Assembly: GCF_010179735.1 (NCBI RefSeq)
Contig: NZ_JAAEEH010000037.1
Coordinates: forward strand, 1-27,340
DNA: 27,340 bases
DNA from: Anaerotalea alkaliphila
GTDB taxonomy: Bacteria; Bacillota; Clostridia; Lachnospirales; Vallitaleaceae
Reading direction: 5' to 3'
Part shown: positions 24,929 to 27,340 of the stretch, in pieces
Layout of the letters: each line of letters starts with the position of its first letter
Numbering within the stretch: position 1 is the first letter of the stretch
The notes under the pieces: model-generated
Databases searched by the model: none
The model's input: the letters and a program-made list of their open reading frames with translations, nothing else
What the model was told of the DNA's origin: nothing
Made by a program: the position numbers and the translations under genes

Positions 24929-27220
24929 GTGAAGAAGAAAGAAAGCTTTCCGGATTTGCGCAACCAGAACATCGTCACCGCGGACTACGAGGACGAGATG
25001 CGCCAATCCTACATAGACTACGCCATGAGCGTCATCGCCGCCCGGGCCCTGCCGGACATCCGGGACGGCCTGAAGCCTGTCCAGCGGCGGACCCTCTACG
25101 CCATGGAGGAGCTGAACCTCCAGCCGGAGAAGTCCTTCCGGAAGAGCGCCAGGATCGTGGGGGACACCATGGGCAAGTACCATCCCCACGGGGACAGCTC
25201 CATCTACGACGCCATGGTCCGCATGGCCCAGGACTTCTCCATGGAGGAGCCCCTGGTCCATGGGCACGGGAACTTCGGCTCCCTGGACGGGGACAGGGCC
25301 GCAGCCATGCGCTACACGGAAGCCAAGCTCCGGCCCCTGGCCATGGAGATGCTCCAGGACCTGGAGAAGGGCGTGGTGCCCATGGACGGGAACTTCGACG
25401 AGACACTGAAGGAGCCCCGGTACCTCCCGGCCAAATTCCCCAACGCCCTGGTGAACGGCATGACCGGGATCGCCGTGGGCATGGCCACCAGCTTCCCCAC
25501 CCACAACCTTAGGGAGGTCTGCGAAGCCGCGGCCGCCTACCTGAAGGACGGGAACATCACCCTCCGGGAGCTGCTGCGGATCCTTCCGGGACCCGACTTC
25601 CCCACGGGGGGCATCGTGGCCAACGGGAAGGAACTGGAGGAGCTCTACGCCACCGGGAAGGGCCGGGTCCGGATCCGGGCCCGGATGGAGGTGGTGGAGG
25701 AGAAGCGGACGGGCCGGCTCCACATCGTGGTCCGGGAGATCCCCCACACCCTGGCCGGGGGAAAAGGGGCCCTGCTGGAGGCCATGGAGGTCCTGGTGAA
25801 GGACCGGAAGCTTCCCGGCGTAGAGGACATCCGGGACGAAAGCTCCCGGGGGGAAGTGGAGATCATCCTGGTCCTGAAGAAAGGGACCGATCCGGAGGCG
25901 GCCATCCAGGCCCTCCTCCACCACACCCGGCTGGAGGACGTCATGGGGGTCCAGATGCTGGCCCTCCTGGACCACCGGCCCAAACAGTTCAACCTCCTGT
26001 CCGCCCTGGAGGCCTTCGCAACCTTCCAGCGGGAGGTCTACACCGCCCGGTTCGACAACCTGCTGGAGAAGGCCCGGGACAAGAAGGAGGTGGAGGAGGG
26101 GCTGCTGGCGGCCTACGCCTCCCTGGACGCGGTGCTGGAAGCCATCCGGGGGGCCCAGGACGTGCGGGCGGTCCGCAAGTGCCTGGAGACCGGGGATACC
26201 GCAGGCATCCGCTTCCGGACCAAAAAGCTGGAAGCCCAGGCGGGCAAATTCCGCTTCACCCCCCGGCAGGCAGGGGTGGTGCTGGAGATGCGGCTGCAGA
26301 AGCTGGTGGGGCTGGAGGCCCTGGAGCTTGAGGCCGAGCACAGGAAGACCCTGGAAACCATCGCCCGGCTGGAACGCCTGCTGGGGGACGAAAAAGAGCT
26401 GGACCGGGAGGTCATCCGGGAGCTGCGCCGGATCGGCAAGGTCTACGGCAGGCCCCGGCGCACGGAAATCACCGACCTGGAGAAGGCGGCCCCCCTTAGG
26501 GAGGCGCCGGCGGGGAAACTGTTGGTGGTGGTGGACGGTAAGAACTACGTGAAGGCCCTGGAGGAGGAACACTGGGGCCGCCTGGGGGAGGAGCCCGGTC
26601 TGCGGACCTTCTCCTGCGACCGGAACCAGTGCCTTTACATCTTCGACAGCCTGGGGAACCTCTACCGGCTGAAGGTGGAGGACATCCCCCTCGCCGGGGT
26701 CCAAGGGAAAGGCACGCCCCTCTCCGTCCTCACCGGTGTCCAGGAGGAGAAGGTCCTCCACATGGACACCCTGGAGAAGGCGGGGATCCTGCTGTTTGCC
26801 ACCCGTTCCGGCCTGGTGAAGAAGGTCCTGGCGTCGGAGTTCGCCACCAACCGGCAGAAGACCAGCGCCTGCAGGCTCCAGGAGGGGGATGGCCTCTGCC
26901 GGGTCCTGCCCCTGGAGGAAGGCCAGGAGACCCTGGGTGTCCTGACGGAGAAGGGATACCTGCTCCGGGTGCCCCTTTCGGGCATCCCCGTGATGAAGAA
27001 GACCGCCCAGGGCGCTTCACTGGTCCGGCTGGGGGAAGGGGACCGGCTGCTGGACATCCGGCCCCTCGACAAGGAGGAGAAGGTCCTGGAGGTCCTGGTG
27101 GACGGGGAGGTGGTGCAGAAGACCCTCCGGCAGGTCCCCCTCCAGGAGAGGAACGCCGCCGGAAGGCAGGCGTTCAAAAATGCCAGGCCCCATGGATTTC
27201 TCCAGAAAAAAGGGCTATAA
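24929..27220 (+). CDS. gyrA: DNA gyrase subunit A (type IIA topoisomerase breakage-reunion subunit). Its C-terminal domain is short and lacks an obvious canonical GyrA-box
   Basis: ORF 24929..27220 with a GTG start and RBS AGGAGGAG 5 nt upstream. The N-terminus is GyrA-like ([37 protein letters not shown]). The active-site Tyr region is present ([10 protein letters not shown]). The protein is 763 aa long. Confidence 0.8.
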   Translation: MKKKESFPDLRNQNIVTADYEDEMRQSYIDYAMSVIAARALPDIRDGLKPVQRRTLYAMEELNLQPEKSFRKSARIVGDTMGKYHPHGDSSIYDAMVRMAQDFSMEEPLVHGHGNFGSLDGDRAAAMRYTEAKLRPLAMEMLQDLEKGVVPMDGNFDETLKEPRYLPAKFPNALVNGMTGIAVGMATSFPTHNLREVCEAAAAYLKDGNITLRELLRILPGPDFPTGGIVANGKELEELYATGKGRVRIRARMEVVEEKRTGRLHIVVREIPHTLAGGKGALLEAMEVLVKDRKLPGVEDIRDESSRGEVEIILVLKKGTDPEAAIQALLHHTRLEDVMGVQMLALLDHRPKQFNLLSALEAFATFQREVYTARFDNLLEKARDKKEVEEGLLAAYASLDAVLEAIRGAQDVRAVRKCLETGDTAGIRFRTKKLEAQAGKFRFTPRQAGVVLEMRLQKLVGLEALELEAEHRKTLETIARLERLLGDEKELDREVIRELRRIGKVYGRPRRTEITDLEKAAPLREAPAGKLLVVVDGKNYVKALEEEHWGRLGEEPGLRTFSCDRNQCLYIFDSLGNLYRLKVEDIPLAGVQGKGTPLSVLTGVQEEKVLHMDTLEKAGILLFATRSGLVKKVLASEFATNRQKTSACRLQEGDGLCRVLPLEEGQETLGVLTEKGYLLRVPLSGIPVMKKTAQGASLVRLGEGDRLLDIRPLDKEEKVLEVLVDGEVVQKTLRQVPLQERNAAGRQAFKNARPHGFLQKKGL

Positions 27221-27236
27221 TTCATAAGTGAAGTAT

Positions 27237-27295
27237 CACATTTGGAGCAATCAAAAAAGAGCAACTAGAGACGAACTCCAGTTGCTCCAAATGTG
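27237..27295. other. Structured element downstream of gyrA: 14-bp perfect inverted repeat CACATTTGGAGCAA...TTGCTCCAAATGTG around a 31-nt loop, with an internal competing pairing (GAGCAACT / AGTTGCTC)
   Basis: Read from sequence. There is no U-tract after it. The window ends 45 nt later. Confidence 0.6.
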
Positions 27296-27340
27296 GTTCT
27301 TCACGATTGTACCAACTCGCGGATGTTAGCCGGTGATCCG

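Noticed and set aside
27221-27340. Start of an rRNA or tRNA gene after gyrA
   Set aside because: There is no 16S 5' signature (AGAGTTTGATC) and no tRNA T-loop or acceptor features in the remaining ~120 nt. I kept it only as an unexplained structured element.
1-27340. CRISPR arrays, transposases, integrases, phage or defense genes
   Set aside because: No arrays of regularly spaced direct repeats were seen. All sizeable ORFs are accounted for by housekeeping functions. The only repeats are the short palindromic extragenic elements described in the findings.

Overview
High-GC (~65%) core-chromosome window from an anaerobic Firmicutes-like bacterium, probably Clostridia/Oscillospirales. I call 20 protein-coding genes, all with recognisable housekeeping functions: an AzgA/NCS2 purine permease, a DUF1295 membrane protein, a Dak2-DegV fusion protein, rmuC, an alpha/beta hydrolase, pyruvate formate-lyase (pflB), purH, an M16 insulinase-family peptidase, an oxidative-stress cluster (flavodiiron protein, rubredoxin, perR-like regulator), a PduO-type corrinoid adenosyltransferase, NfeD and flotillin, a D-Ala-D-Ala carboxypeptidase, nadB and nadC, gyrB and gyrA. 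I found no CRISPR array, tRNA, rRNA, transposase or integrase, and no obvious defense island. The large ORFs on the opposite strand of real genes are antisense artifacts of the GC-rich composition. The least-explained signal is a repeat family with a conserved 15-nt core (GGAAGAACCGTCCCC) flanked by stems that differ between copies but still pair. One copy is a perfect 70-bp palindrome at 10762-10831. Copies always sit beside rho-independent terminators, and a shorter motif (TGCATCACGC) recurs in UTRs. Other points worth a second look: PerR-box-like 7-1-7 palindromes in the divergent rubredoxin/perR/flavodiiron-protein promoter region; a 53-aa rubredoxin gene missing from the supplied ORF track; a single-chain Dak2(FakA-like)-DegV(FakB-like) fusion co-operonic with a DUF1295 membrane protein; a GyrA with an apparently degenerate GyrA-box; and a structured element with mutually exclusive pairings downstream of gyrA. 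On the whole this looks like an ordinary core region, not a mobile or defense locus.
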